From an uncultured Acidobacteriota bacterium (GTDB lineage: Bacteria; Acidobacteriota; Vicinamibacteria; Vicinamibacterales; SCN-69-37), in contig CAWAEG010000009.1 of the NCBI GenBank assembly GCA_963780895.1, forward strand, positions 88,025 through 152,024: a stretch of 64,000 nt of DNA, in the 5' to 3' direction. This document shows positions 51,845 through 61,882 of this stretch, one piece after another (the first letter of the stretch is position 1; every line of letters begins with the position of its first letter). The notes under the pieces were generated by a model. That model worked only from the letters and a program-made list of their open reading frames with translations, did no database searches and was not told the origin of the DNA. The position numbers were made by a program, and so were the translations under genes.

Positions 51845-52360
51845 ATGCTGCGGCCGTCGCGCGCGCTCGTGCTTTTCCTCGTCCTGGCCGGAGCGGCCGC
51901 GACGGCCTGCGCGACGGCCGACCTCACCAAGGCCCTCCAGGTCACCGACGTCCAGGGCGGCTGGTACGACAACGGCCTCAAAGAGGGGAAGAACCATCTC
52001 GTTCCGCAGATCACCTTCCGGTTGAAGAACGTCTCGTCGGCACCGATCAACAGCGTTCAGCTCACTGTCGCGTTCTGGCCGGACGGCGCGGACGGCATGT
52101 CGGACGAGGTGCTGCTTCAGGGCATCAGCAGCACCCAGCTGCCCCCTGGCGCCTCGACCGAGCCGCTCAAGGCGCGGAGTCCGACCGGCTATACCCAGGA
52201 GCCGGGCCAGGCGCGCGCCGACCTGTTCATCCACAGCCTGTTCAAGGACATGACGGCGAGGATGTTCGCCAAGCGAGGCGGCGCGCTGTTCAAACTGGGC
52301 GAGTTCACGATCGAACGCAAGATCATTCCAACCGACCAGAGAGACGCTCCCCGTCCGTGA
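51845..52360 (+). CDS. Hypothetical lipoprotein.
   Basis: 171-aa ORF with lipobox LAGAAATACA. I recognise no motif. Confidence 0.6.
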   Translation: MLRPSRALVLFLVLAGAAATACATADLTKALQVTDVQGGWYDNGLKEGKNHLVPQITFRLKNVSSAPINSVQLTVAFWPDGADGMSDEVLLQGISSTQLPPGASTEPLKARSPTGYTQEPGQARADLFIHSLFKDMTARMFAKRGGALFKLGEFTIERKIIPTDQRDAPRP

Positions 52361-53786
52361 GCGCCCCTGCCTCTCCCGATCGCGCCGGACACGCGACGCC
52401 GACACTCGAGCGGCGTCTGGGCCCGCTTGACGCAGCCGCGATCGTCGTCTCGAACGTCATCGGCCAAGGCATTTTCTTCGTGCCGATCATCGTCGCGATG
52501 ACGGTGCCGAGCGGGCTGGCCATGCTCGGCGTCTGGCTGCTCGGCGGGTTCCTCGCATTTGCCGGCGCGATGGCGTACGCGGAACTGTCGGCCCTGCGCC
52601 CCCGCGCCGGCGGCGAATACGTGTACCTGCGCGAAGCCTACGGCCCCCTTGCCGCGTTTCTCACCGGATGGACCTCGCTTCGTCGCGGGGTTCTCCGGCG
52701 CCATTGCCGCGGGCGCGGTCGGGCTCACGGACTACGTCGGGCGGTTCCTGCCGGCCGCGGCCGATCGCACGCCGATCTTCACCGTGCCGGTTCCGTACGC
52801 GCCGCTGATCGTCACGCCGCAGGCGATCGTCGGGATCACGGCGATCGTCGGGCTCTCGCTGATTCATATCAGCGGTCTCGGTCCGGGACGGCTCGTGCAC
52901 AACGTTCTGGCGACCGGGAAGGTCCTGGCGCTGGTCCTGTTCATCGCGCTCGGCTTGTCGATTGGAACGGGCTCGTTCGATAACCTGTCGGCCAGTCACG
53001 CCGTGCCGAACCCGGCGACGGGCTGGCTGCTGGCGCTGATCCCGATCATGTTCAGCTACTCCGGCTGGAACGCCGCGGCGTACGTCGCCGAGGAGATTCG
53101 CAATCCCGGGCGCAACGTGCCCATCGCGCTGGCGGTCGGCACCGGCGCCGTGGTGGTCATCTATCTGGGCCTCAACGTTCTCTACTTGTATGCGTTGCCG
53201 CCTGCCGATCTCGCTGGGGTGATGGGCTCAGGGCAGGGCTTGACCGACGTCGTCGCGCAACGGCTCTTCGGTCCCGTGGCCGGGACGCTGCTGGCGGTCC
53301 TCACGATCGTCAGCATCGCCGCGAGCATCAGCGCGATGGTGCTCGCCGGCCCGCGCGTCTATTACGCGATGGCGCGCGACGGCGTGTTTCCGCCGATCGT
53401 GGCGCGCGTCCACCCGCGATTCCACACGCCAGCCATCGCGATCGCGATCGCAGGCGGTCTGGAGCTCCATCCTCGTCCTCTCCGGAACGCTCGCAGGACT
53501 CGTCAACTACACCGGCTTCGCCGTCATGCTGTTCGCGGGTGTCGCGGTCATGGCGGTGTTCATCCTGCGGTGGCGCGAGCCGAACGCGCCGCGTCCGTTC
53601 AGCGCGTGGGGCTATCCGTTCGCGCCGGCGATCTTCGTCCTGGCGGCCTTGTTCATGGTCGCCTACAACCTCTACAACAATCAGTTCGGCGAGCGGTACG
53701 GGCTCCTCATCATCCTCGCGGGCCTGCCGCTCTACTTCGTCTTCCGCGCGTTGGGGAAAAAATCGGACATGAACGGCCCTTCATGA
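52357..53786 (+). pseudogene. APC-superfamily amino acid permease with two frame breaks (~52678 and ~53450).
   Basis: Three consecutive frames each carry protein-like membrane sequence. The first reads LGPLDAAAIVVSNVIGQGIFF...FLTGWTS. The second reads FVAGFSGAIAAGAV...FSYSGWNAAAYVAEEIRNPGRNVP...HPRFHTPAIAIA. The third reads QAVWSSILVLSGTLAGLVNYTGFAVMLFAG...FRALGKK. Confidence 0.8.
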
Positions 53787-54233
53787 AGGATCTTTTCTGA
53801 TCAACGCTGCGAGCGTCGCGATCGCGAGCGCGCCATCCGTCAATGCAAATAGCAGGAACGACGCCGGCGACGCGTTCACGAAGTAGTCGACGATGAAGAG
53901 CAGGGCGCCGGCGCCTTTGAGCAGGGGGCCGAACACCCACAGGTAGGCCCGATAGCGGACCGGATCGTACAGCGGCATCAGGTATCCGATGCCGACCGCG
54001 ATCAGGAACAGACCGTTGAGCTTGGCGAAGATGACGGGATGGGGTGCTGGAACGCCGAACCAGCCGGCCATGCTGTCGGTCGCCGCGAGCAAGAGGAGCC
54101 CCGCGGAGAGGTCGTACGCGAGCGAGATGCCCGCGACGATTCTTAGTCCGGGGGACTTTCGTCCCGCCGGACCCCCTTGCACGCTCGCTCGCGGGGGCCC
54201 CACAGCCCCGCTCCGCTCGCGTGGCTCACTCAC
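53781..54233 (-). CDS. Hypothetical small membrane protein (3-4 helices); start uncertain.
   Basis: The ORF has hydrophobic segments IVAGISLAYDLSAGLLLLAA, LNGLFLIAVGIGYLM, GAGALLFIVDYF and FLLFALTDGALAIATLAAL. The first ~30 aa look non-native. Confidence 0.45.
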   Translation of the reverse strand: MSEPRERSGAVGPPRASVQGGPAGRKSPGLRIVAGISLAYDLSAGLLLLAATDSMAGWFGVPAPHPVIFAKLNGLFLIAVGIGYLMPLYDPVRYRAYLWVFGPLLKGAGALLFIVDYFVNASPASFLLFALTDGALAIATLAALIRKDPS

Positions 54234-54254
54234 TTTCGTTCGTTCGCTCTGAAC

Positions 54255-55226
54255 TTACTTGTTCAGCTTCTTCAGCGACACTCGCTCCGTCAACGTCTTG
54301 CCGACTTTGACGTCGATCTCGCCGCGGTAGGTCTGATAGCCTTCCGCGCGGAGCTCGATCGTGTGTTTCCCGCCGTCGAGCTCGAGGTGGTCGGAGAAAC
54401 CATCGAAGTCGTCAGCGGTCCCGACGAGCGCGCCGTCCACGTAGACCTGCGCCGAGCTCGGACTGACCTTGAGCCGGATGGAGCCCACCATACTCTTCGG
54501 CTCGTCGTAGTCCCGGCCACCCCCGCCCGAGCTGTAGCCGCCGCCTCCATAGCCGTAGTAGTACGGGTCGTACATAAATGGATCGTAGATGAACGGGTCG
54601 TACCAGAGGCCGTAGCGTCCCCAGTACCAACGCGCCGCGCCGTAATGCCACGGGTTGTACGTGACGAACCCGAGGTTCCAGCCGAAACCGCTGCCGTACC
54701 AGGGATACCAGCGGCCCCATGGACCGTAGAGCGGGAACGAAACCAGGGTCGTGTCCGGCGCGCGCCGCGGCACGGCGATGCCGCTCAAGGAACGGCCGTC
54801 ACGATCGCGGCTGACGGCCACCACGCCGTTCGGCAGCGAGCTGGACCGTGTCGAGTTCGACTCGGTGCTTGCGGTCAGCATCGGACGGCCGGGGCCGGTC
54901 ACGACGCCGCCCGGCTGGGGCGCGGGTGCCGATCGCGATCCGCTGCTCACGCGCGACGAGCTCGGAATGCGGCTCGGGGAGCGGGAGACACTGGACCTGG
55001 AGCTGCCAGAACTGGATGACTCTCCAGCACTCGATCCGGAACTGCTCGAGCCGGAGCTGCCGCTCGAACTCGATCCGGACGACCCGGAGGAGCCGGACGA
55101 ACCCGAAGAACCGGACGACCCGGAGGAACCGCTGCCTCGAGGCACCGCCTGAGCGCCCGCGACGGTTGGAGCAGTGAGGGCGATCGAAACGACGAGACTG
55201 AGTGCGAGACGTGTCGACCTGGCCAT
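54255..55226 (-). CDS. Secreted PEGA-domain protein with a (GSS)n tract and an aromatic/Gly-rich region.
   Basis: Signal peptide LALSLVVSIALTAPTVAGA, then GSGSSGSSGSSGSSGSSGSSGSSSS..., then YGPWGRWYPWYGSGFGWNLGFVTYNPWHY...YYYGYGGGGY. The C-terminal PEGA-like segment is GSIRLKVSPSSAQVYVDGALVG...IELRAEGYQTY. Confidence 0.7.
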   Translation of the reverse strand: MARSTRLALSLVVSIALTAPTVAGAQAVPRGSGSSGSSGSSGSSGSSGSSGSSSSGSSGSSSSGSSAGESSSSGSSRSSVSRSPSRIPSSSRVSSGSRSAPAPQPGGVVTGPGRPMLTASTESNSTRSSSLPNGVVAVSRDRDGRSLSGIAVPRRAPDTTLVSFPLYGPWGRWYPWYGSGFGWNLGFVTYNPWHYGAARWYWGRYGLWYDPFIYDPFMYDPYYYGYGGGGYSSGGGGRDYDEPKSMVGSIRLKVSPSSAQVYVDGALVGTADDFDGFSDHLELDGGKHTIELRAEGYQTYRGEIDVKVGKTLTERVSLKKLNK

Positions 55227-55374
55227 GACGCGTACTCCCGAGGTCTCAAGACCTCTGCGGTAGACTCAAGTGCAACTCTACTGCCACGCGACCGTGCCCG
55301 TAAATACCTTAGTTTCTATTGACTTGAGCCGGATCTGTCCTCTGGCCTTGCCCTCCTGTGCAGACGGCACTACG

Positions 55375-55920
55375 ATGCGAAAAGTGTCACCGGCCCACGC
55401 GACGACCGTTCTCGCCGTCCGCCACCAGGGCAAGGTCGTCATGGCGAGCGACGGCCAGGTCACGCTCGGGCAGACGGTCGTGAAACATCAGGCGAAAAAA
55501 GTGCGTCGCTTGTACCACGACCGCGTGCTCGCGGGCTTCGCCGGATCGGCCGCGGACGGGTTTGCGCTCTACAGCCGTTTCGAGAGCAAACTCGAGGAGC
55601 ACCGCGGCAACCTCGAGCGCGCGGCGGTGGAGCTGGCGCGTGACTGGCGCACGGATCGAATCCTCCGGCGCCTCGAAGCCATGCTCCTCGTTGCGGACAC
55701 GCGCGCCATGTATCTGCTCTCGGGCACGGGCGATCTCATCGAGCCCGACGACGGCGTGATGGGGATCGGGTCGGGCGGCGCGTTTGCGATGGCTGCCGCG
55801 CGGGCGCTCGTCAAGCACAGCTCGCTCGAGGCGCGCGCGATTACCGAGCAGGCGATGGCGATCGCGGCCGAGATCTGTGTTTACACCAACGCGCGGATCG
55901 TCGTGGAAGAACTCGCATGA
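55375..55920 (+). CDS. hslV: ATP-dependent protease subunit HslV.
   Basis: [25 protein letters not shown]...[19 protein letters not shown] 55375 is preferred over the upstream start in the track. Confidence 0.9.
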   Translation: MRKVSPAHATTVLAVRHQGKVVMASDGQVTLGQTVVKHQAKKVRRLYHDRVLAGFAGSAADGFALYSRFESKLEEHRGNLERAAVELARDWRTDRILRRLEAMLLVADTRAMYLLSGTGDLIEPDDGVMGIGSGGAFAMAAARALVKHSSLEARAITEQAMAIAAEICVYTNARIVVEELA

Positions 55921-57308
55921 CACCCATCTCCCTTCCGGAATCCGCGCTCTCGCTGGCCGGGACGCTCACGCCGCGTGAGATCGTCTCCGAGCTCGACAAG
56001 TACGTCGTCGGCCAGGCGAAGGCCAAACGCGCCGTCGCCATCGCGCTCCGCAACCGGTACCGCCGGCAGCGGCTCGCGTCCGACATGGCCGAGGAGGTCG
56101 CGCCGAAGAACATCCTGATGATCGGGCCGACGGGCGTCGGCAAGACGGAGATCGCGCGGCGCCTGGCGCGCCTCGCGCAGTCGCCCTTCCTCAAGATCGA
56201 GGCGTCGAAGTTCACCGAGGTCGGCTACGTCGGCCGCGACGTCGAATCGATGGTCCGCGATCTCGTCGAGATCGCCGTCAAGATGGTGCGCGAGGAGCGC
56301 GAAAAGGAAGTGCACGACAAGGCCCAGCAGGCCGCCGAGGAGCGCCTGCTCGATCTGCTCCTGCCGCCCGTCACGCCGTCGCCGCTCGGCGACTCGTCGA
56401 CGGACGCGACGCTCGCGCGCGATCAGGCGACCAACACCCGCGAGCGTCTGCGTGAGCAGCTTCGCGCCGGCCGGCTCGACTCGAAGTCCGTCGAGATCGA
56501 AACGCGCGAGCGTCAGATGCCGTCGTTCGAGATCATCGCGGGGTCGTCGATCGAGGAAATCGGCGTCAACCTGCGCGACATGCTGCCCGGATTCTTTCCC
56601 GGCAAGACGCGCCGGCGGAAGCTGCCCGTGTCCGAGGCGCTGGATCAGCTGATGCAGGAAGAGTCGCAGAAGCTCATCGACATGGAAGGGGTCGCGAAAT
56701 CGGCCATCCATCGGGTGGAGCAGGCGGGCATCATCTTCCTGGACGAGATCGACAAGATCGCCGGCCGCGAGGGCGGACACGGGCCCGATGTCAGCCGCGA
56801 AGGCGTCCAGCGCGACATCCTGCCCATCGTCGAGGGCACCACGGTGAATTCCAAGTACGGGATGGTCCGGACGGACCACATTCTCTTCATCGCCGCGGGC
56901 GCTTTCCATGTCTCGAAGCCGTCGGATCTGATTCCCGAGCTTCAGGGCCGTTTCCCGATTCGCGTCGAGCTCGAAGCGCTCGGGCGCGACGATTTCGTCC
57001 GGATTCTGACCGAGCCGCGCAACGCGCTCATCAAGCAGTACATGGCGCTCATGGCGACGGAAGGGCTGACGCTCGAGTTCGTTCCCGACGCGATCGACCG
57101 GATCGCGGAGCTTGCGTCGCTCGTGAACGAACGCACCGAGAACATCGGCGCGCGCCGCCTCCACACCGTCATGGAGCGGCTGCTCGACGAAGTGTCGTTT
57201 CACGCCCCCGAGCTCGACGGGCATTCCATCCGCATCGACGGCGCCTACGTGGATCGCATGCTGGCCGATATCGTGAAGAGCGACGACCTGTCGCGCTACA
57301 TCCTGTGA
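55917..57308 (+). CDS. hslU: ATP-dependent protease ATPase subunit HslU.
   Basis: [47 protein letters not shown] overlap with hslV. Confidence 0.95.
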   Translation: MTPISLPESALSLAGTLTPREIVSELDKYVVGQAKAKRAVAIALRNRYRRQRLASDMAEEVAPKNILMIGPTGVGKTEIARRLARLAQSPFLKIEASKFTEVGYVGRDVESMVRDLVEIAVKMVREEREKEVHDKAQQAAEERLLDLLLPPVTPSPLGDSSTDATLARDQATNTRERLREQLRAGRLDSKSVEIETRERQMPSFEIIAGSSIEEIGVNLRDMLPGFFPGKTRRRKLPVSEALDQLMQEESQKLIDMEGVAKSAIHRVEQAGIIFLDEIDKIAGREGGHGPDVSREGVQRDILPIVEGTTVNSKYGMVRTDHILFIAAGAFHVSKPSDLIPELQGRFPIRVELEALGRDDFVRILTEPRNALIKQYMALMATEGLTLEFVPDAIDRIAELASLVNERTENIGARRLHTVMERLLDEVSFHAPELDGHSIRIDGAYVDRMLADIVKSDDLSRYIL

Positions 57309-58414
57309 CGTGCCGCCGGAGCGGCCTGGTCATCGCCGCGATCCTCGTCGCGATCGTCCTGGCGGCCTGCGGCAAGAAGGGCGCGCCGCAGGCGCCGCTG
57401 CGCCGGGTGCCGGCCCGCGTCGCCGACGCCGCAGCGCAGCGGCTCGCCGATCGCGTCGAGCTGCGATTCACGATTCCCGGGACGAACTCGGACGGATCGT
57501 CACCGCCGACGATCGAGCGCGTCGAGGTCTACCGTCTGACGCTCGGCGCAAAGGCGACGCCGCCCACGATCGCGCAGGTCACCGCGGCGGGCAATCTGAA
57601 GGCGACCGTACTCGTGCGCCCGCCGGCTGAAGAAGGCGCGCCGCCACCGGCGAAGCCCGATCCGCGCCCGGGCGCCGGCGAAGCGACGACCGTCGTCGAC
57701 ACATTGACGGGCGATCAGACCGGTTCGCCAGACGCGCCCGTGGCCCACTACGTCATCGTCGGCGCCACCGGGCGGCGGAGGGGCCCGGCGTCGCCCATCG
57801 TCAGCGTCCCGCTCGGCGCGCTGCCCGCCGCGCCGACCGACCTCAAGCCGACCCACGACGAGAAGACGCTCACGCTGGCGTGGTCGCCCGGCTCGCCCGA
57901 TCAGAAGTTCCGCGTGTACCTGATTCCCAACCAGGCGACCCCGGCGGAGCGCAAGCTGCTCACCGCCGAACCGCTCGCAACGCCGACGTTCGCGCAGCCG
58001 GTCGAGCTGGGCAAGGAACAGTGCTTCACGATCACGGCCGTCGAAACCCTCGGCAAGGCGATGGTCGAAGGTCCCGGGCTGGGGCCGGCGTGCATCACGC
58101 CCGAAGACAAGTTTCCACCGCCGGCGCCGCAAAAATTGCGCCCGACGTTGAGCGGCGGGGCCGTCCTTCTCGACTGGACGCCCGTCGACGTTTCCGATCT
58201 CGGCGGGTACATCGTCTTGCGCACCGACGGCACGAATGACACACTTCAGCCGCTCACGCGCGAGCCCATTGCGGAAACCACCTACGAAGACAAGAATGTG
58301 CAGGCTGGCGTGACGTACGTCTACGCCGTGATCGCCGTCGATCGGGCGACGCCGCCCAATCCGAGCCCGCCGTCCGAACGGGTGACGTACACCGTTCGCG
58401 AGCCCATCCGCTAG
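57305..58414 (+). CDS. Lipoprotein with fibronectin-III-like repeats, function unknown.
   Basis: Lipobox VLAACGKK and two segments of Fn3 character ([19 protein letters not shown]; [17 protein letters not shown]...YVYAVIAVD). Its start overlaps the hslU stop. Confidence 0.6.
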   Translation: MTCRRSGLVIAAILVAIVLAACGKKGAPQAPLRRVPARVADAAAQRLADRVELRFTIPGTNSDGSSPPTIERVEVYRLTLGAKATPPTIAQVTAAGNLKATVLVRPPAEEGAPPPAKPDPRPGAGEATTVVDTLTGDQTGSPDAPVAHYVIVGATGRRRGPASPIVSVPLGALPAAPTDLKPTHDEKTLTLAWSPGSPDQKFRVYLIPNQATPAERKLLTAEPLATPTFAQPVELGKEQCFTITAVETLGKAMVEGPGLGPACITPEDKFPPPAPQKLRPTLSGGAVLLDWTPVDVSDLGGYIVLRTDGTNDTLQPLTREPIAETTYEDKNVQAGVTYVYAVIAVDRATPPNPSPPSERVTYTVREPIR

Positions 58415-58432
58415 GGCGTTCGGCCGGTCGGT

Positions 58433-58526
58433 GTCGCGTGTTCCGGAGCCCGACCTTTGCGAGCGCCGCGAGGCAGGCCGGATCACGCTGCCTTGCGGCA
58501 AGCGGCGAGCGGGAGGGCGCAGGAAC
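58433..58526. repeat. Dispersed repeat, copy B (inverted relative to copy A at 13670-13844).
   Basis: gtcgcgtgttccggagcccgacctttgcgagcgc and gctgccttgcggcaagcggcgagcgggagggcgcaggaac match the reverse complement of the two blocks of copy A. Confidence 0.8.
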
Positions 58527-58603
58527 TCGCGACACCGACCGACCGAACCAACGTTCTTGGCTTCGGCGCGGCGGCGCGAAAACGTTGGAGGAGCGCTTCG
58601 TCC

Positions 58604-59368
58604 ATGGTGCGTCTGTATCGAGTCGAGGACAACGGCACGCCGCGCTACGCCGCGGAACGCGAAGGGCGCTGGCGGCTCGTCGACGGCGACATCTTCGGGA
58701 AGTTCACCGAGGGCGCGGAGATTCCGTCCGAAGGTCTCCAGTTCCTGGCGCCGGTCTCGCCGTCGAAGGTCGTCTGCGTCGGCCTGAACTACAAGGACCA
58801 CGCGGCCGAGCAGAACAAGCCGCTCCCCGAGGAGCCGCTCCTGTTCATCAAACCTTCGACCGCGGTCATCGGCCCTGACGCGCCGATTGAAGTACCGCTC
58901 TGGGCCGGCCGGATCGACCACGAAGCGGAGCTCGGCATCGTCATCGGCAAGAAGGCGTCACGCGTTCCGATGAATCGCGCGAGCGACCACATCCTCGGAC
59001 TCATCGGCTTCAACGACGTCACGGCCCGCGACCTGCAGAACCGGGAAAGCCAGTACACCCGCTGCAAGGGGTTCGACACGTTCGCGCCCATCGGGCCGTG
59101 CATCGCGGTGGGCCTGGACGGTCGCGATCTGCAGGTGCGCGCCTACGTCAACGGTGCGCTGCGGCAGGATTCGAGGACGCGCGAGCTGATCTTCACGATT
59201 CCCGAGCTGGTGCAGTTCATTTCGACCGTCATGACGCTCCTGCCGGGCGATATCATCGCGACAGGGACGCCGTCGGGGATTGGCCCCATCAAGCCCGGCG
59301 ATCAGGTCACGATTCACGTCGAAGGCGTGGGCGCGCTGACCAATTCCGTCGTCGCGCGCCAGGAATGA
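58604..59368 (+). CDS. Fumarylacetoacetate hydrolase (FAH) family protein.
   Basis: MVRLYRVEDNG...KVVCVGLNYKDHAAE...LLFIKPSTAVIGP...IDHEAELGIVIGK...TGTPSGIG. ATG at 58604. Confidence 0.8.
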   Translation: MVRLYRVEDNGTPRYAAEREGRWRLVDGDIFGKFTEGAEIPSEGLQFLAPVSPSKVVCVGLNYKDHAAEQNKPLPEEPLLFIKPSTAVIGPDAPIEVPLWAGRIDHEAELGIVIGKKASRVPMNRASDHILGLIGFNDVTARDLQNRESQYTRCKGFDTFAPIGPCIAVGLDGRDLQVRAYVNGALRQDSRTRELIFTIPELVQFISTVMTLLPGDIIATGTPSGIGPIKPGDQVTIHVEGVGALTNSVVARQE

Positions 59369-59374
59369 GGCACC

Positions 59375-60040
59375 ATGAAGATCTTCATTGATTCCGGCAA
59401 TCTTCGCGAAATCGAGTCGCTCGTTCCGCTCGGCATCATCGACGGGATCACGACCAATCCCTCGCTGCTCGCGAAGGAGTCCGGCGATCCGCAGCAGATC
59501 ATCAAGCAGATTTGCCGACTCGTCAGGGGTCCGGTGAGCGCGGAGGTCGTGACGACGGACGCCGCCAGCATGATCGCCGAAGGCCGCGAGCTGGCGCGTA
59601 TCGACGAGCACGTCGTCGTCAAGATTCCGTTCACGCGCGAAGGCGTGAAGGCCGTGAAGACGCTCACCGAAGGAGGGATTCGCGTGAATGTCACGCTGAT
59701 CTTCTCGGCCACCCAGGCCCTCTTCGCCGCCAAGGTTGGGGCGTCCTACGTGAGCCCGTTCGTCGGGCGGCTCGACGACATCGCGTCTGACGGCATGGGT
59801 CTCATCGGGCAGCTCGTGGACGTCTTCGGCCACTACGACTATCCGACGGAAATCCTCGTCGCGAGCGTCCGCCACCCGATGCACATCGTCGAAGCGGCGC
59901 GGATGGGCGCGGACATCTGCACGTGCCCGGCGGCCGTGATCGAGGCCTGCTTCAAGCATCCGCTCACCGACATCGGTCTCGAGAAGTTCCTCAAGGACTG
60001 GGAGAAGGCCCAGGAGAAGTCCGCGGTCGCGGAGCGCTGA
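59375..60040 (+). CDS. tal: Transaldolase / fructose-6-phosphate aldolase (short type 3B).
   Basis: MKIFIDSGNLREIE...GITTNPSLL...VVKIPFTREGVKAVK...VNVTLIFS. Confidence 0.9.
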   Translation: MKIFIDSGNLREIESLVPLGIIDGITTNPSLLAKESGDPQQIIKQICRLVRGPVSAEVVTTDAASMIAEGRELARIDEHVVVKIPFTREGVKAVKTLTEGGIRVNVTLIFSATQALFAAKVGASYVSPFVGRLDDIASDGMGLIGQLVDVFGHYDYPTEILVASVRHPMHIVEAARMGADICTCPAAVIEACFKHPLTDIGLEKFLKDWEKAQEKSAVAER

Positions 60041-60061
60041 GGCGCCCGCGACCCGATCCGC

Positions 60062-61609
60062 ATGACGATGAATCCCCGCGATCATCTGACCGAGCTCGAG
60101 CGCCTGGCCGAGCTCGGCGGCGGAGACGAACGTCTGCGCCGCCAGCGCGAGGCCGGCAAGCTGACGACGCGCGAGCGTGTGGACCTGCTCTTCGATGCCG
60201 GCACGTTCGAAGAGGTCGACAAGTTCGTCACGCACCGCTGCCGGGACTTCGGCATGGAAAAAGAGGTCATCCCCGGCGACGGCGTCGTCGCCGGCCACGG
60301 ACGCGTGGACGGCCGTCAGGTCTACGCCTTCGCGCAGGACTTCACGGTGTTCGGCGGATCGCTCTCGGAGACGAACGCCGCGAAGATCGTGAAGGTGATG
60401 GATCTGGCCGTGCGCATGGGTGCGCCGATCGTCGGGCTGAACGACTCGGGCGGCGCGCGCATCCAGGAAGGCGTCGTCTCGCTCGCGGGCTACGCGGACA
60501 TCTTTCTTCGGAACACGCTCGCGTCAGGGGTCGTCCCGCAGATCTCCGCCATCATGGGGCCGTGCGCCGGCGGCGCGGTCTATTCGCCGGCCATTACCGA
60601 TTTCAACATCATGGTCGAGGGCACGAGCTACATGTTCGTGACCGGGCCGGACGTCATCAAGACCGTCACCCAGGAGGAAGTGACCAAGGAAGAGCTCGGC
60701 GGCGCGATGGCGCACAACATGAAGAGCGGCGTCGCGCACTTCGCGGTGGGGGACGACCGCGAGTGCCTCGCGCTCATCCGCGAGCTGCTCGGCTACCTGC
60801 CGTCGAACAACCTCGACGACCCGCCGCGCCGGACGACCAGCGACCCCGTTGACCGGTCGGACCCGGCGCTCGACTCGCTCGTACCGGAGCAGCCGAACCA
60901 GCCGTACGACATGCACGAGCTCATCGGCGCAGTGGTCGACGACGGCGTGTTTCTCGAGGTACATCGCCACTTCGCGCAGAACATCGTCGTCGGCTTCGCG
61001 CGGCTCGGCGGCCGGCCGGTGGGGGTCGTCGCGAATCAGCCGGCGGTCCTGGCCGGGTGTCTCGACATCGACGCGTCGGTGAAGGGCGCGCGGTTCGTGC
61101 GGTTCTGCGACGCGTTCAACATTCCGCTCATCACGTTCGAGGACGTTCCGGGCTTTCTGCCAGGCGTCCGGCAGGAGCACGGCGGAATCATCCGCGCGGG
61201 CGCGAAGCTGCTGTACGCGTTCGCCGAAGCGACCGTGCCGAAGATCACGGTCATCACCCGGAAGGCGTATGGCGGCGCCTACTGCGTGATGTCGAGCAAA
61301 CACATCCGCACGGACTTCAACTACGCCTTTCCGACGGCCGAGATTGCGGTGATGGGTCCCGAAGGCGCGGTGAACATCCTTTATCGCCGCGAACTGCAGG
61401 CGGCCGCCGATCCGGCGTCGCTCCGCGCGACGCTCGTCAGCGAGTTCCGCGAAAAACTCGCCAACCCGTTCGTCGCCGCCGCGCGCGGCTATGTGGACGA
61501 GATCATCCATCCGCGCTCGACGCGCCCGAAGCTCATCGCGGCGCTCGCGAGCTGCGACAACAAGCGGGACAAAAACCCCGCGAAAAAGCACGGAAACATC
61601 CCGTTGTAG
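60062..61609 (+). CDS. pccB: Acyl-CoA carboxylase carboxyltransferase subunit (propionyl-CoA carboxylase beta / methylmalonyl-CoA carboxyltransferase family).
   Basis: 515-aa intact ORF with [22 protein letters not shown]...[13 protein letters not shown]...[13 protein letters not shown]...[11 protein letters not shown]. Confidence 0.85.
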   Translation: MTMNPRDHLTELERLAELGGGDERLRRQREAGKLTTRERVDLLFDAGTFEEVDKFVTHRCRDFGMEKEVIPGDGVVAGHGRVDGRQVYAFAQDFTVFGGSLSETNAAKIVKVMDLAVRMGAPIVGLNDSGGARIQEGVVSLAGYADIFLRNTLASGVVPQISAIMGPCAGGAVYSPAITDFNIMVEGTSYMFVTGPDVIKTVTQEEVTKEELGGAMAHNMKSGVAHFAVGDDRECLALIRELLGYLPSNNLDDPPRRTTSDPVDRSDPALDSLVPEQPNQPYDMHELIGAVVDDGVFLEVHRHFAQNIVVGFARLGGRPVGVVANQPAVLAGCLDIDASVKGARFVRFCDAFNIPLITFEDVPGFLPGVRQEHGGIIRAGAKLLYAFAEATVPKITVITRKAYGGAYCVMSSKHIRTDFNYAFPTAEIAVMGPEGAVNILYRRELQAAADPASLRATLVSEFREKLANPFVAAARGYVDEIIHPRSTRPKLIAALASCDNKRDKNPAKKHGNIPL

Positions 61610-61667
61610 AGATGACCTCCGAGGTCATTTTCCTGAGCGCAAATAAAATGACCTCGGAGGTCTTAAG
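61610..61667. repeat. ATGACCTCnGAGGTC double-palindrome element, copy 2. The first palindrome plus tttt looks like the pccB terminator.
   Basis: agatgacctccgaggtcatttt - cctgagcgcaaat - aaaatgacctcggaggtcttaag, in the same plus-strand orientation as copy 1. Confidence 0.85.
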
Positions 61668-61882
61668 AAAGGAGCACTCAAGTACCGGAGGAAAAGGCCG
61701 CGAGGTACCATGCCAAGATCTCGAACTCGATCCGCCGGCTTTTCGGACGATGACCGTCATTGCCGTGTTCGAAGAACGAGGAATACTGGACGCGACAGGG
61801 GCGAACGACCAGCGGCAGTGCCGTACTTCTCCGTCAGTTCCGGACTTCGAGCGCATGTAACCCCGTACTTCCTCCGACCTTC

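Noticed and set aside
48764-61680. Mini-ORFs starting MTSEV... that appear in the six-frame track at both double-palindrome elements.
   Set aside because: They are a by-product of ATGACCTCnGAGGTC being read as Met-Thr-Ser-Glu-Val. The conservation is that of a nucleotide palindrome and does not extend as a protein.
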